64,000 nt of DNA, from contig BCIN01000002.1 of the NCBI GenBank assembly GCA_039545335.1, positions 2,448,678 through 2,512,677 of the forward strand, written 5' to 3'. Source of the stretch: Kondoa subrosea (Eukaryota). Below the pieces are notes generated by a model that was not told where the DNA came from, searched no databases, and was given only the letters and a program-made list of their open reading frames with translations. This document shows positions 1-13,590 of the stretch, one piece after another; the stretch's first letter is position 1, and the number at the start of each line of letters is the position of its first letter. Made by a program: the position numbers and the translations under genes.

Positions 1-815
1 ATATTATCATTGACGTGATAGGTCAACCGGGTAAGATTTGGTAGACTGGAAACCAAGTCGACTTCGCTCAAATGAATATTCTCGAGATAAAGTGATCTTA
101 GTCCTAAGGTGTGGTGAATGAGATGGACAAACGGTTGCCAAATCTTTTGAGAAGTCGTCATATCCACAGCTGACTTTAATTCGAGATGTTGCAATACAGG
201 CAGAAAGATAAAGCTGGCTAAGGATATACGAGAAGGTAGCACGAGCCAGTCTTCAATCTCGTACTCAACCTCGTGTTGATCGTCGTAGGCCGAATCAATA
301 CCATTCCAAATAGCAATATGCAAAGATTTGAGCTTGGACAGGTGCCGTAAAATGGTGAGAGCCCGGTCATTCCTTGACTTGGCCACTATCCTGGCTTCTC
401 TCAAGTCCTCGTAGACAACGCAAATTGTGCCGTTACCACATGAGGCCGGGTGTGTCATTTCGGTGCTGATAAGCCATTCGACCTTGCAGACCAATCGACC
501 TGGTGTAAGCCTTGATCGCATTGCGCGAAGAAGCTTATCGCTGCGTAGATCTGTGAACGAGAGCGAGCGATAGATGTAAGGGAGAGCGATTTGATCTACA
601 GGACTGGTGAGCCAAGACATCGAAAGAACATGATTCAGACACGAACAGAACACCTCTATGAGATAGGATGAGCGAAAGACTTCGAGATTCAAGGTGCAGA
701 ATAGCTCACTCGAAGATAGGGCAATACTCAGCAAGTCCTGCTTGGATTCGATCTTTGCTCGCTCTTCTACTAGTCCAAAGACATTCGACAGCAGTTCCAC
801 TGGTACCCCGGCCAT
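1..815 (-). CDS. F-box-like/LRR-like protein, 3' end beyond window start
   Basis: Spliced reading MAGVPVELLSNVFGLVEERAKIESKQDLLSIALSS|KVF|YQIALPYIYRSLSF... has an F-box-like N-terminus (PVELLxxVF) and Leu-rich LKSLHI/LQHLEL/LRSLYL segments; open to position 1; paralog of 5987-7387. Confidence 0.65.
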   Translation of the reverse strand, partial: MAGVPVELLSNVFGLVEERAKIESKQDLLSIALSSSELFCTLNLEVFRSSYLIEVFCSCLNHVLSMSWLTSPVDQIALPYIYRSLSFTDLRSDKLLRAMRSRLTPGRLVCKVEWLISTEMTHPASCGNGTICVVYEDLREARIVAKSRNDRALTILRHLSKLKSLHIAIWNGIDSAYDDQHEVEYEIEDWLVLPSRISLASFIFLPVLQHLELKSAVDMTTSQKIWQPFVHLIHHTLGLRSLYLENIHLSEVDLVSSLPNLTRLTYHVNDN

Positions 816-1103
816 CCTCGTTTGCCTTCCTGTTTGGACTTGCACAAAACCCGAATTCCTGCTTGCAGAACACCGCTTGCCAATAGCCCTTAGACACACT
901 AGCAATTCATTCTAAGCAAGGTATCTCGCAGGCCTGCAAAGAGCCTCCAAGTGACGCGAGCCCTGTGTCTATGACGGTTCGTGTCCAACCTTTCAGATCT
1001 CTTTTGCAAACGAAATTCGACAAGCTGAGGCTGAACCAAGTCTGCTATCTATCTAGCCTATACGTCCTCTACAGACCTGTTTGCGAGATGCAGCTGCACC
1101 CCT

Positions 1104-2878
1104 ATGTTGATTATCGCGCTGTCTGTGCATTCTCGTAAACAACGCGCTTTCTTTTGCTTATAAAGTATTCCAGCTACAAGGACACACTCCTGAAGATAAA
1201 GTACCAGATTACTCCTTCGCAGGCTATTGCGAATCTGCTGTTCCGTGTCAGCGTTCACAATTGCCTGGTCCTATTTGAGTACTGAATCATTGCAGTACCG
1301 ACTTTTCGCAGAGGAGATGAAGTGATAGAAGCGACGAACGATGAGAGAGATCGAACGCCAGGTGAATATGCATTTCCTCTGCCGCATTCAAGCTGAGCGG
1401 TTCAAATCATAGAAATCAATGCGGCTCTTGCTAGATTAGCGACAAAAGGAGGAGGCGTTCTGCAATTTTCTAGCGGCACTTTTCTTCTAGGATCGGACCC
1501 AATCAAGCTTGATTCGCCGAATTTACATTTGATGGGCGAAACTCGTCGACCAACCATCTTCAAAATCGCTGGAGTCGCGCGAAACATAGTTGAGGTTGGT
1601 AAAGCCGAACCAGGTGTACCGGTAATAGTAAGGCGAACAAAAGTGCTGGATACTTATGTTCCGGTCGGAGCGAAGAGTTTGATCGTTGAAGACCCTTGCG
1701 TCTTCGAGGGCAAAGAAGTGGTAATTGAGAGAACAGTGACGAGAAAGTGGATTCACGATATGGAAATGGATCACCTTGTACGGTATGTCAGAAGCCTCTT
1801 CGGTAGCAATGACGCTCGCTCATGCTTCTTTTATGCCAAAAGAGATGGCAAAGGCTTGACTTGGATAAAAGCGGGAAGTATCTTGAGCGTGATCCGAAGA
1901 GTGACGGCAATATCTACCACTAATAAGCGTATCTTGTCAGTCTCAATAAGCCTGCTTTGAATGTAACTTACGGGTTGATAACAGCTTCGACAATCCTTTG
2001 ACCGATTCGAGCCCTGGAGCAGATCTACAAGTTGGCTTGTACACACGTCCACAGGGAGTGACAGAGAATGTCGGTATATCAGATATTCACATGATCTTGA
2101 ACCCTTCGCAAAGTGATTACGTGAGTTCATCATCTTTTGAATGTAGGGGCAACACTCACCTCTCTTGCAGCCCAACTCTACTCCTGGCGCTTTCATGGCT
2201 CTCACTTTCAGCTCTTACGTTCAAGATGCCTACGCTCGCAATCTTTATCTCGAAGGTTTCCTCACTTCCGTTCATGTCAATCCCGCCGCCCTTCGAATCA
2301 CTTTAAGAAACTGTCAAACATTCCGTTCCGCTGCACCAGACCGAAGTAAAGGCTATGCTGCCGATTTCAATATTTGCGGTAATCAAATCTTGCTCGCCAA
2401 ATGTTCTACTTCTGGTGTAAAAGGTGCCAGAAGCATCACGGTTGCCGTTCAAAATCGATTGTCCAGTGTAACCATTTTGGATCATAAAGCCGATCAAGGG
2501 GCTATTCAAACTCATGCGTTGCGTTCCTTCCTTTCTCTTTCATTGTTTGACGCTGATGAGGAAATTAGACGTTGGGCTACCGGTGCCTTTATCGAGCGAT
2601 CAGATGTTCAAGCTATTGAAGTAATCAATCGAGGCATTATGGGTACAGGGCATGGGTGGACAGCTGGAAGCAGTATGGTTTGGAACAGCAGAGCAGGTGT
2701 TTTGAAAGTACAGAAGCCACCTTTGAGCCAGAACTGGTGTGTTGGAAGCAATGGGAAAGAGATGGCGTGTATCGGATGCGAGGTATCGTCGGGTCAGGTG
2801 GTTCAGCCGTATAGCTTGCTTCGTCAGCAGCTAGAGCAAAGAATAGGGAAGGAGCAGGCCGATAGAGTTCTTTGCTGA
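1104..2878 (+). CDS. Pectin-lyase-like (pectate lyase 3 superfamily) beta-helix protein, probably secreted
   Basis: Spliced motifs VPDYSFAGY, DRTPEINAALARLATKGGGVLQFSSGTF, RWATG, NRGIMGTGHGW...VWN...QKPP..QNW, PYSLLRQQL. The start is uncertain, with a possible frameshift in the signal peptide near 1122. Confidence 0.55.
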
Positions 2879-2890
2879 AGAGTAATGCCA

Positions 2891-3463
2891 TTATAACGAG
2901 GCCACACTGCTGAAGGATTGCTCCTTGTATGTGACTGTCCAAGCGAATTGAGCGTCATTGTGTCTCAACTCAGCTTCTTGAAAAACTTCTGATCGACCAT
3001 ATTCTTTGAATCCTAGACTTTCGAAGAGCTTGATAGAGCGAGTATTGCTCAAACCAATCTTGGCAAAGAAAGAGCTTGCTGAGATACCCAAGTGCTTCTG
3101 AGCGTAAAGTGTTATCATCTGAAGCGCTTCTTTGCCCAGCCCTTGACCCTGATACTTATCAGATGCGATCATGACCTCGCACTCTGCTGTAAGATGTCCA
3201 TCGTCTTCATCTTTCGACAAAAACAGGTTTACGTCCCCAATGAGTTCCTCTTGCCTTGTGACAATGAATGTCAACTTGTCATCGTCCAAATGCCAAGATT
3301 GCTGCATCTCATACTCTTCCTGTAGACTCAGAGGTTCGCTAGCTGTCAATTCTTGTAATTCCGGATTTGACATCCATTTGTGATATTGTTCGACATGCTG
3401 CTTGAGGTAGGGCACGAGAGTCACACTTGGCCCGGCCAGTGCAGTATCCTCATTCAGGCGCAT
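2891..3463 (-). CDS. NAT9: N-acetyltransferase 9-like GNAT protein
   Basis: VTLVPY..HVEQYHKWM..ELQELTASEPLSLQEEYEMQQSW..DDDKLTFIV..IGDVNLF..ECEVMIA..QGQGLGKEA are NAT9-family signatures; ATG at 3463. Confidence 0.9.
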   Translation of the reverse strand: MRLNEDTALAGPSVTLVPYLKQHVEQYHKWMSNPELQELTASEPLSLQEEYEMQQSWHLDDDKLTFIVTRQEELIGDVNLFLSKDEDDGHLTAECEVMIASDKYQGQGLGKEALQMITLYAQKHLGISASSFFAKIGLSNTRSIKLFESLGFKEYGRSEVFQEAELRHNDAQFAWTVTYKEQSFSSVASL

Positions 3464-3569
3464 CGATAACTTCACACAAGGTATACGGTGGTCAATAAAA
3501 AGAACGCTTTGGAATACACAATGTTCAGACAAGCATGATAACACAAGCATAATAACAGCACTGTACGAT

Positions 3570-5762
3570 CTACTTTGGCTTTAAGCCCTCTATCATCTTT
3601 TCCTTCTCTGCTGCTTCTCTGAAAACAAGTACAACTCATCAGTAACTCCGAAACTACAGTGAAAAGCTGGACAAACCTTTCCAATTCTTCCTCTGTTGGC
3701 TGCGAGAAGATAGGTTTCGGCTGTGCCACAAAATGAGTGAAGAAGAGACTACAGATAGCAATGCACTTACTTGAGTCTTTGCATAGATTTTGGTGAACAT
3801 ATTTGATACTTCATCGTTTGTGCCTTCAGGGTTAGCAAATTTGAGCAGGGCTTCTCTCGGCTATGATAGAAGAGAATATCAGTACACAGGTGAGACAAGC
3901 TGAATGAAGTACCCACATCCTCATCTCTGGTGTTGTTTTTGACGATATTCTGAACAACATGCTGTGTAGCACTTGCACCAACTCGTCCACCTTTTCCAGG
4001 TCCTTTGAAAGGTGCCAAAGGTTTCTGAGTGAGAACAGGATCTTGTCTTTCCTTCTCCCTCTTTCTCATTCCCGTCTTGCCCATTAATCGATCATCATCT
4101 TTGAACATAGGTAAAGCGTGAGGGGTAAGAATTGTTCCGGTCGGTAAACCATCAGCTCCGACATCTTCTGTCCCTCTCTTTCGGGCCATTCGAGTGACAG
4201 ACATGGTTGCTCCCTTGAGTGAACTTTCAGGTGAATAAAGAACATGAATAGCTCCCAAAGAAGTGGAAGCCAGGATTTGGTTGATTCGAGGATGCCAGAG
4301 TACTTTGACCACACTTCCTTCTGACACACCCAATTGTCTCACAACAGATAAGTCCGATCGACGCATAACGACAATGTTTCCTTTGACTTGCGTGGATTCT
4401 TCTTCTTGATCGCCAGTCACTGAAATTGTTTTGTTCTTGCTCGCCACTGCAGAAGCTTTGGAGCCAGCTGTTCCAACCAGTATATAATTCTCGTCCGGAC
4501 TGAAAATGACGTTCGATTCTTGATTGAGGCAACGTAGTCCTTCTTGAACTGCTATAGGCTTCTTGAATGATCTAACATCCCATACTGAGATCACAATCAG
4601 CAGCATTCGCCAGCAGCAAAAGAGAACTCACATTTGACTGTATCATCTCCACCTCTGGAAACCAAAGTGTGGTTATCGAGCGAGAAGGTTAAACCAGAAG
4701 TAGTCGTATCCTTGGTATGTGCTCCCTCTATCGAGTAATTCGGTCGAACATAATTGCCGCTCGTGTTCCAGATATGCATAGCTCCATCGCGACCGGCAGC
4801 AGCTATCATTCGACCATCATCGGACCAAGCAGCAGCAGTAATTTTGGTTCTTTGGCCTCGATCTTTTGATTTGACTACAATGACTTGCTTTGACTTATCT
4901 CGTTTCTCGACGTCCCATATTCGGATCGTGCTGTCGTTAGAAGCGGTGAAGAATGTATTTGCGTTCTTCGGGTGCCAAGAACAGGTCGTAATCTCTGCTA
5001 CATGTCCGCTGTATCGATAATCAGCTATAGAGTGGTATGACAGAAATGTTCTGCTTACGCTGTATTCCGTAGATCTCGAATATACATATCGCCTTTCGCC
5101 CAAATCCCTCTACATTCACAATGAGTCCAGCAAAAATCGAAAAGTGATGAACGCTCACATCTTCTCTGCTTGTCTGTCAAACATCTGTACCTGACTCGTA
5201 GCAGAAGCAACCAGAATCTTATCGCCTGTGTTATTAAATTTGACATCGTGCACTTGATAGCTTCCTTCTGGGACTGGTTCCCAGGTTATGAAAGGTTTGA
5301 AACTGGCGTCCATGCCTCCAAAATCCCATAGTCTAAACCTGGATCAGCTTGTTACATGAGGCAGTGAGATGAGGAACTGACTTGGCATCGTAGTCATACC
5401 CTCCCGATACTATACGAGCTCCAGCTGGATCAATAGAGAGTGCAGAGACAGTCTGCGCCCAGTAGATGAGCAGATCTCTCGTTGCATGTAATGGAACTCA
5501 CCTTTGTGTGATCTTTCAGCACAACCTCGTGCGATACAGGCAAATCAAAGGATTCCTGAGCAGGTCCATCTTCTCCTTCGTCATCATCATCAGCATCCTC
5601 TAGATCTGAATTGACAGCTTGAGTAGGTAGAGCTTTCGAAGTAGATGCAACTGGTTCTTGCACACGCCTACTCTTCGCTATTCGTTCCCTCGCTTCTTGT
5701 GCTTTATTTGATTGCTGTGCTGTTCTACCAAAGCTCAATGGCAGGCCGGTGGCTTCGTCCAT
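3570..5762 (-). CDS. WDR70: WD40 repeat protein WDR70/GAD-1 family
   Basis: LPLSFG N-terminus, LPVSHEVVLKDHTK, GHVAEITTCSWHP, SRGGDDTVK, TPHALPMF, GPGKGGRVGASATQH; multi-exon. Confidence 0.88.
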
Positions 5763-5986
5763 CGTTGCGGAACAAGAAAAATAAGGCTTGCTCTTGTACG
5801 GTCAAGTCCTCAAAGGGAGAATATCCGAGGTCCGATATACCCTCTTGGGCACGGCTTAGGCGTGCTGCACCGTGTCTAGCCGGACGAAGGGTTGACGTGA
5901 GCGCAACAGCGGGCATTTGGTCTGATTTGCATTGATTTTTGGATCGCTGCTTTCCCGGGCGTAACACAGCAAGAGCAGGAGGAACG

Positions 5987-7387
5987 ATGACTTCGCTTTC
6001 AGTAGAGTTGCTTTCGGACATCTTCAGCATGGTGGAAAAGCAAACGAAGTCGGAATCCAAGCAGGACTTGTGAACATCGCTCTGTCTTCCAGTAAGCTAT
6101 GTTGCGTCCGAATGTCAAGGACCTCGTTCATGATCTCTTAGAAGCATTCTGTAAGTGCCTTTAGTTGTCGGCAAACTCGACTCTCGGTTGATCGCTGCGT
6201 GCAATTTCAGACCATATTGCCCTGCCTTTCATCTATCGCTCGCTGGACTCGAAGCATCTCGCCAGCAGAAAATTTCTTCGCTCGTTACAGTCAGAATGTC
6301 AACCAGGCCAATTTGTCCGACGAGCTGAATGGACTATAACAACCATCATGGTTCATCCAGCCTGGTGTTGGCAAGAAAGGCCTTGCGATTTTGCAGGCGA
6401 CCTTATCAAAGCCAAGTTGAAAGCAAAATCCAGGAATGAAAGAGAGTTGTCCCCAGTCTTCAGCGCCCAATCAATCTGAAAGTCCTGCAAATCAGTATCT
6501 GTGATGGCATTGATCAAGCCTACGAAGTAGCAGATTGTGTCTACGACGACTGGAATGTTCTGCCTTCCGCTGTGTCTCTGGCAACTTTCCCATTTCTCAA
6601 TCCTCTTCAGCAACTCGACTTAACGTCTTCGGTCGACTTGTGCGAAACAGGAGGCTCTTGGGGAATCTTCCTACGCTTAGTAGATCTCGCGCCAGCACTC
6701 AAGTCGCTAAATCTTTGCAATATCCCCTTCGAGAACTATGAACTGGATTTGCATCAAACAAATATCACTCGCCTGGCTTATCGTATCAATGAATCAAGCA
6801 ATTGGAAGGAGACCAGCTAGATATTGGCTTAACCAATCTACTGATAAATCCCAAATCTTCGATCACAGCTCTCGATTACGGTTTTGCTCCATACAATCCG
6901 TCGACCAAATTGCCTCTCATTGAGCATCTCGGTCGTCTGGCTATCCTCACTTTGATCTCTCTCTTCAGCTGAATCACTCATCGCCTTATTCGAGCACTTG
7001 TCTGCATGTACGGAATTACATCTACACTGGAAGCCAGAAGCGGTGTCGGAAGTCATTTGCGGTAGCCTGAAGGAGGCTTTTGCTAGGCAGCAAAGTTTGG
7101 GTCTTCAGCTCAAGATCTTTTCCATCATTCTGCTTCACCCTGGCTGTTTGATCGGACCGGAGTATTTTGATTACTTATTCAACACCTGCAACTTTCCAGA
7201 ACTCAAATCTTTCTCTTTCGATATAAGATTTGGCGATGGCGATGAAAACGAGGTTGAATGGGAAGCCAAGCGTTGGCGAGCGGTGATTGGAAGCTACGCA
7301 CATGAATGTCGCATCAATGGTCGATACCAAAGTACTTTCACCGATTTCCGCTTCGAGATGTACGAAGGTATTGTAACAGTGCTGTAG
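5987..7387 (+). pseudogene. Disrupted paralog of the F-box-like gene at 1-815
   Basis: MTSLSVELLSDIFSMVEKQTKSESKQDL-NIALSS|KAF|YHIALPFIYRSL aligns with 1-815 and has the same intron positions, but shows a 1-nt deletion at ~6070, a second frameshift at ~6455 and an in-frame TAG at 6818-6820. Confidence 0.75.
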
Positions 7388-8332
7388 CTGCATGATTGAC
7401 CGCCAGGCGCGAGTATGAAAGGCATACGAAGATCTCAATCATTGGTAACATCTTCGTTTTGTGCTTTCGTTGTGTGTTGTTGTATTGTCTGCTACATGTA
7501 CGGGGCTGTCAAAACCGCAAGCATCTCCCCCTCATAGTCTCATTGCAGCCTAGCGTACACCGTGCGAATTTCAGTCTCAAAAATTATCCATAAACAGATC
7601 GCCGGAAGCTGCAGCAGCAAGAGATGATTAACCATCGGATACAGCGAGCAGACGACGAGCAAAAATATGCACCCGTCGAGACTCGAACTCGAAGCCTTTG
7701 CATATCGGCGTATACCCCGTGTGTGATTCGGAAAGCATAAGTACAAAGCGCTACCATTCTGCATGGAAAATCAATATTTTGAGGCAAAAGAAAGTGAAAA
7801 GGGTAACTAACGCGCCACGGGTGCTTTAAGCTAGCTAAAGTCAAGGCGGTTCTAACAGCAATATATATTAACAGTTAAAAAAGTTTGTAGTGCGCCTAAT
7901 AAAATACTGATAGAAGCGGACTGGGTATCTGTACTTAGACCGTATTTAGTGCTGGATGCCTTAGTGCTGCATAAGATTTGGCAAAGACAATCGAGGATCT
8001 CGTTTCATTGTTTCGTCGGGCACTCCCCGGTCTTCGTTTACCCAGACCTTGCGAAAATCCTCGAGATTCTCAGCATGACCGATTTCAGACCAAAGTGTGA
8101 AAGCATTCAGAACAACACATGACATACAAACATTGGGATAACATGTTACCAAGAAGGGCACAGAAGCACAGGGTATGAAAACAAACACTTTCGGAGAGAC
8201 AGCAGGTTGCCAAAGCTGTGAAAACCCCTTGAGCAGCATTCAAGACGGAGGAAAGCACCACAAAGACAAAGAAAGAATCGTGAAAATAGGGAGAGGCAAT
8301 GGATCTGGACAGACAATTGAGTTCTAAGTGGT

Positions 8333-9518
8333 TTATGCATCAAAGTTGTAAAGATTCGTCTCGCTTGATGCATGATGATGATAGTCAGCTAGATTCAGAT
8401 TTTGAAAAAGCTGGATACTTACCAGCCGAGATTCAACTGCCGTAGTGAGCACTACAGACAAGGCGATTGCATAGCGTGGTGAACCCCTCGAAGTAACGAT
8501 GGTCGCCCAACTACAGAACGGTCACAGACTGCCATCATCTGTCAAATAGAACATACCATGTCACAATCAAGCTCTCGAATGTAATTGCTTAAGCGATCTT
8601 GTGGGAAGTCTACGGGCAGATCTCCTTCTAATTCCTCTTTAGACAACTCACCATTCTCAATCATCTCTTCGAACAACATCATCTTAGCATTCTCGACCAT
8701 CACGTAACCAATGCCTACTTGCACGATCAAGGACTCGACTGAAACATAGGACAATGGTCTCACCCATCGTCAAAGCCTGGACCGCATCCAAATTGGTCAC
8801 GCCCTCAACATTTTCGATGGTCCATTCCCAAGGACGATATCCATCGCTGTAGGTGAATTTAGAGATGGGAACGGTAGTAGCGAAACAAGCAGCCAAAGGC
8901 AAATGATTGACTAGCTTGTACTCTTGATACTCTTCCTCGTAAGCAGTCTTGCCTTCTTCTTTGCTGACATCATCTTTGCGATCAAATAGATCTTCCTCGC
9001 CTCTCCAATACATTGCGGCATCGTTCCAAGTGTCGTACGAAGCCATGTTGACTCTCTTGAAGATCTTTGTCCAGTCAGGCAAATCGTTGCGTTTCATAGT
9101 ACGAGCCATGTCAGGAGTGATGATTTTACCAACGACGAAACCTTTCACATCTGCCTCGGTATCCAAAATGTCTTACGCAGCAGTGAGACTCACCTCCATC
9201 TCGACCAACAACCTCATGGCAGTGTTTGACTCTGCATCCACTGTGAACGTGACGCGGCATAAGAGAGCAAAGATGTCGATAATCGGGAATTCGTGGTTTG
9301 GGTACGTCGTTGCCCATTTGAGCCAAAGGTAAAGCTATTCCTCGATCAAGACAAGCGGCTTTGATAGATGCCTCATCCCAGAAAATAGTGCGTAGGAAGG
9401 AATTGGTCTGGGACAGAGTCGCTAGACTTTCGAGCGATAAAAGAGGTCTCAAAGAAGTGAGAATCTCGATGGGAAGGTTAGTCAAGGATGCGGTAGCTGG
9501 AGAAGCAGCGGAGGCCAT
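8333..9518 (-). CDS. F-box domain protein
   Basis: SLTNLPIEILTSLRPLLSLESLATLSQTNSFLR is an F-box motif; downstream exons in ORFs 8684-9166 and 8542-8763; stop inferred at 8333. Confidence 0.7.
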
Positions 9519-10078
9519 AATATGCTCTTGTTCTAAGCGTGGCTGGAGAGGTTGAGATGGTAGCTCAGGAAGACCTTGAAGCTTGATCTTTCAGAAACGG
9601 CAATGTGCGAGTCGTGACACTGTCAGAACCTCTATCCATTCAGGCAAGCGAAGGTGTCAGCCTAGTGCAAAACCCAGCGAGCCTCTCTCAATCGCAACAG
9701 TGTCGGCGCCTGTCTTCTTCATTCTGCATGATCAATATCTTTGTTTCTCTCCGATGTCTGTCTTATAATCTTACTCTGGTGATGCAGTCCTTGCCACTTG
9801 CTCCCGCATGTTGCGTAGATCCGAGTTCACCAAGCTATTATCACAACAATCTCTGCCTTTGCGTGTGATCTAACGGTTGAGTAGTCTCCCGCTCCCATGC
9901 TATGACCTCCCGCTGTCCATGCTGTGCAACTTCGGAGCATCGAAGACGCGTAATCTGGTCAATTCCCGTCTTGATCGAGCTTCCGCCTCTCAACCGCCCA
10001 AACCCACGGGAAATGCAAAAATAAACTCACGGGCAAATGAGCGCGTTTGTTATTATTGTTTGTAGTAATCAAACAGCC

Positions 10079-12066
10079 ATGGCTATCTCGCTGCAAGATG
10101 ACAAAGAGCCACTTCTCGATGAAGAAGACGTCCCTTCCCCTGTTCGAACGCGCAAATACTCTCGCGGATTTTGGTCATTACCAGCTGGGGTGATCATGAT
10201 TCTGCTCTGCTATTTGGCATTTGATCGGGTCGATTTCAATTCAATAGGGTTCGAGCGGAATACAGAGTCAGGAAGTCAGAATGAGACTCTTGGAATTCTT
10301 GAATTCTCTGAGCAAGAACCTCAAGTCGCAAATGCTGCTCTTTACCAAGCATATCAGGCGTCTCAAAATGAAACCGCAACTTCCAGTACACCTAACATAA
10401 CAAGCACGTCTGCAGTTTCTGCAAGTCCCCAGGCCCTTCTGGAAGAAATCGATGTTCAGGCATGCGGGCATTCGCCTTGTCGCTTTCTGGTAGCTGCTCG
10501 GATAGGCGAAGGAGTAAGTCCTGATTGATTGTTTATCAGATCTAGAATTAATGACCAGCTTCGCCCAGGAAAGCAAAGCTCATGTGCATATCGCGCAAGT
10601 GGCCACTTTGGCGAGGACGCTCAATAGAACACTGGTCCTGCCCAACATAGTTTGTCACACATTTTTGCGAGAATCGTGATATGCTAATTGCATAACAGCG
10701 CAACGGACTGATGAACGCTTGTCATCCTCATCCTTTCGATTTCTACTTCGATATTCCTTGGTTCTCCGAGACTTTCGGTGTACAAGCGATTGTCTTCTCC
10801 ACATTCCAAGATTGGCTGTCAAAGCATTCCTCTTTGGCAAGCAGCAAACCTTCCGGGCAAATAATATTGGCAAGCAACGAGCAGAAATTATCAGAGGAAA
10901 TCAGAATAACGAGTGATCTGCCTGCGATTGAGTACTTCAAAACCGATCGCTGCTTCAAGGACAGAATTGGGCTCGATTATGATCAATGGGCTTCGATTCT
11001 GCTTCAACCGCCAAAGGCCTTTATGCATGACGACAGTATCGCACTAGAGTTTGGGAATAAGATTACGAATTTCTTCTCCTCCGACAATTACTATCCCTCG
11101 ACAAAACGAGGATCACAGCAGAGTGAACCGGACGTTATGGTCGCAGACTGGCACTTCCCTGTAAGCTGCAACCATCGAGTGATTTAGTATATGGACTTAT
11201 TCAGTGGAATAGGTTGCGTGCTGGCCAAGTCCGCTGACAGGTGGTCTTGCCATTTCAGACTATCGTTTGCAGTACAACTCTCGTTGGCGAGATCTAGCAG
11301 AAGCAGAAGCCGCCAGGTTGACTCCGTATATAGCTGTGCAGTAAGTCTTCCAGTAGTATTGCGGCTGAATCTGACGCACAAAGTAGTTGGCGGATGGAAA
11401 CTGTTCCAGCTAGAAACTTAATGCAATGCGGAATCTCGTTACATTCGCAGTTGGCGAAATTGAAAGAACAGCATGCAGAGATCAAGAAAGTCTTGTGAGT
11501 CTGTTCTTCTCGTTGAGAGCAATTAGGTTTTAATTTACTACTTCGTAGTTTGCTTACCGATTTCCCAATCGAAGGGCCGAAGCATCCGCATTCTCTCACG
11601 TATGCTTTTCTCTCTCTTTCTTTTGTTCTCTTTCGCGTTGATCAATTTTGTTGCAGGTTCCAACGCGCTCTAACAGCCCAACATTATGCAGCGATCGAAT
11701 TCTTCACTTCTCATTTTGAAACAGCAACGCATGGTTTAGAACTCACAACATTGTTACAAGAGATTCCAACTGTACCTAAAGCGGATGGAGGAACGACTTC
11801 AATCCTGGATTTAGATGATGGTCTGATAGGTGTATTGGATCGAGCTGTTGCGAAACGAGCAACTTGGTTCTTGGCTGGTGAACCTGGTAAATGCGGAAGG
11901 CACAGCTCAATGACAGGTGAATAGCTTTCTCATCAATAACATCAGTATCAAGCTAAAATAGATGAAATTAGCGCAAATTGTTGGTGAAAGGCAAGAGAAG
12001 ATGGATCATCAGGATGAAAGGATCAAGAATTCAGTCATACGTTTCAATTTACCCAAGCATTCATAA
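10079..12066 (+). CDS. Type II membrane O-fucosyltransferase-like glycosyltransferase
   Basis: N-terminal TM helix and S/T-rich stem, then QESKAHVH..LARTLNRTLVLPN, FDFYFD, WRMET, LTDFP and GVLDRAVAKRATWFLAG..CGRHSS, resembling the fungal O-FucT-like family. Confidence 0.6.
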
Positions 12067-12577
12067 GCATTATTCATACATCATCAGGTGTGACAGCGGG
12101 ATTTTTTTTTGTACACGGTACCATTGTAGATCGGCAGAATGGATTCATTTAATACCTCTGTAACGTGACTGGGGGCCTTTCTACTTGGGACTAGAGCAAT
12201 TTTTGTCGAATATGCGACGCCGTTGCTATTATGAGAACGGGATGAAGATGAGAAAGAAGGAGAAAGCAGCAGTGACGAGACAGTAAGAATCGATTCACGA
12301 TTAAACAGACAGAAGTGTCGAGTCACTAAGATTGCGCATCTTGTATTGCGCATTACTGGCTTGTGTGCAAAGGGATTCTCTATGATTGGAGCACAGTACA
12401 AAGGATGAGAGTAATTCCAAGTCGAAATAGCCTATTTTGGACCGCGTGAAACGAAGCAAAAATGAATCACAGGGAAAAAGAAATATAGAAAGCCGACATA
12501 TAGGAGACTGAACGAAAAGGGAATCAAATGATACAAAGTAGCAATGCAAAAGAAAAAAACCCAAAAAGAGAACTTGA

Positions 12578-13523
12578 TCATGCCACTTCAGGCTCTACAT
12601 CTTCTGCCTTGATAACTTCTCCAGTAGCTATATTGAGGCAAACGATCGGTTTGACTTGGAACTGATTTGTGAATGCATCAGACGACATGGACGCGAACGA
12701 GCCAAAGAATCAATAAAAAACTCACAGTAGCCATAGTCTGGTTGAACAATTTCAACAAATTAACCTGATCCGATTTCAATTCTTGTCCTTCTTTGCAAAC
12801 AACATGTTCCACATCTAAACTCGGTACACCTTTTACCAATTTCGTTGACATGCCTAATTTCCTTAATTGCGGTTCTAAAGAATGAGCTGCTAGAACACCT
12901 TCTTCTAAATAAACTGGACCAGGAGGGATAGTGAATGTTGAAGGTGCGATGTTACCCGTTCGAGCGAAATCGGGTTTCGTGAAAGAAGCGAACCAGTCTG
13001 TTACTATGAATGGAGTAGAATTCGTGAATAGTAAACCACGTTGACCTGATAGTTCCTACAGTGCATGTAATTAGATCGGAACAGTATAGAAGAAGAGAGC
13101 AGGCATACTTCAGCTATTTGAGAACATCCTGGTTTGTGTTCATCTTCCACTGATTTTCCTAACGCTTTCTGCATAACATGATTCTTTCCCATAAGCATTC
13201 TATTCCGATGTATGCATGTCAGCTACAATGTAATGCGCCGCTGAAGAGTGATGGCAAGACTAACCTATCAGGTTTCCACTGCTGCCTGATTTCCTGCAAG
13301 TACTGATTTCTCATATGTTCCGTTTCAAAGACCCAGACATAAGGGAATGTATCAACCAATTGCTGAACCTATGTCATATTGGTATCAGTAACCTAATTGG
13401 ACGTGAATGCAAATTTCCGATAGCTAAGCACACCTCTTCTATCAGACTTGCTTTATGTGCTCTGGTTGCTTTCTTGTCTGTCTTTGTTAGACTAACTACT
13501 TGCTGTCTCTTTGATTTAGGCAT
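12578..13523 (-). CDS. MRT4: Ribosome assembly factor Mrt4 (uL10 paralog)
   Basis: MPKSKRQQVVSLTKTDKK start, MGKNHVMQKALGKS, FARTGNIA, HSLEPQLRKLGM; multi-exon. Confidence 0.92.
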
Positions 13524-13590
13524 CTTTCACTGTATATCGCTGTGTCGAGAGAGGAGCTCAGGAAAAGATTTTCAAAAAAGAAAATCAAAG

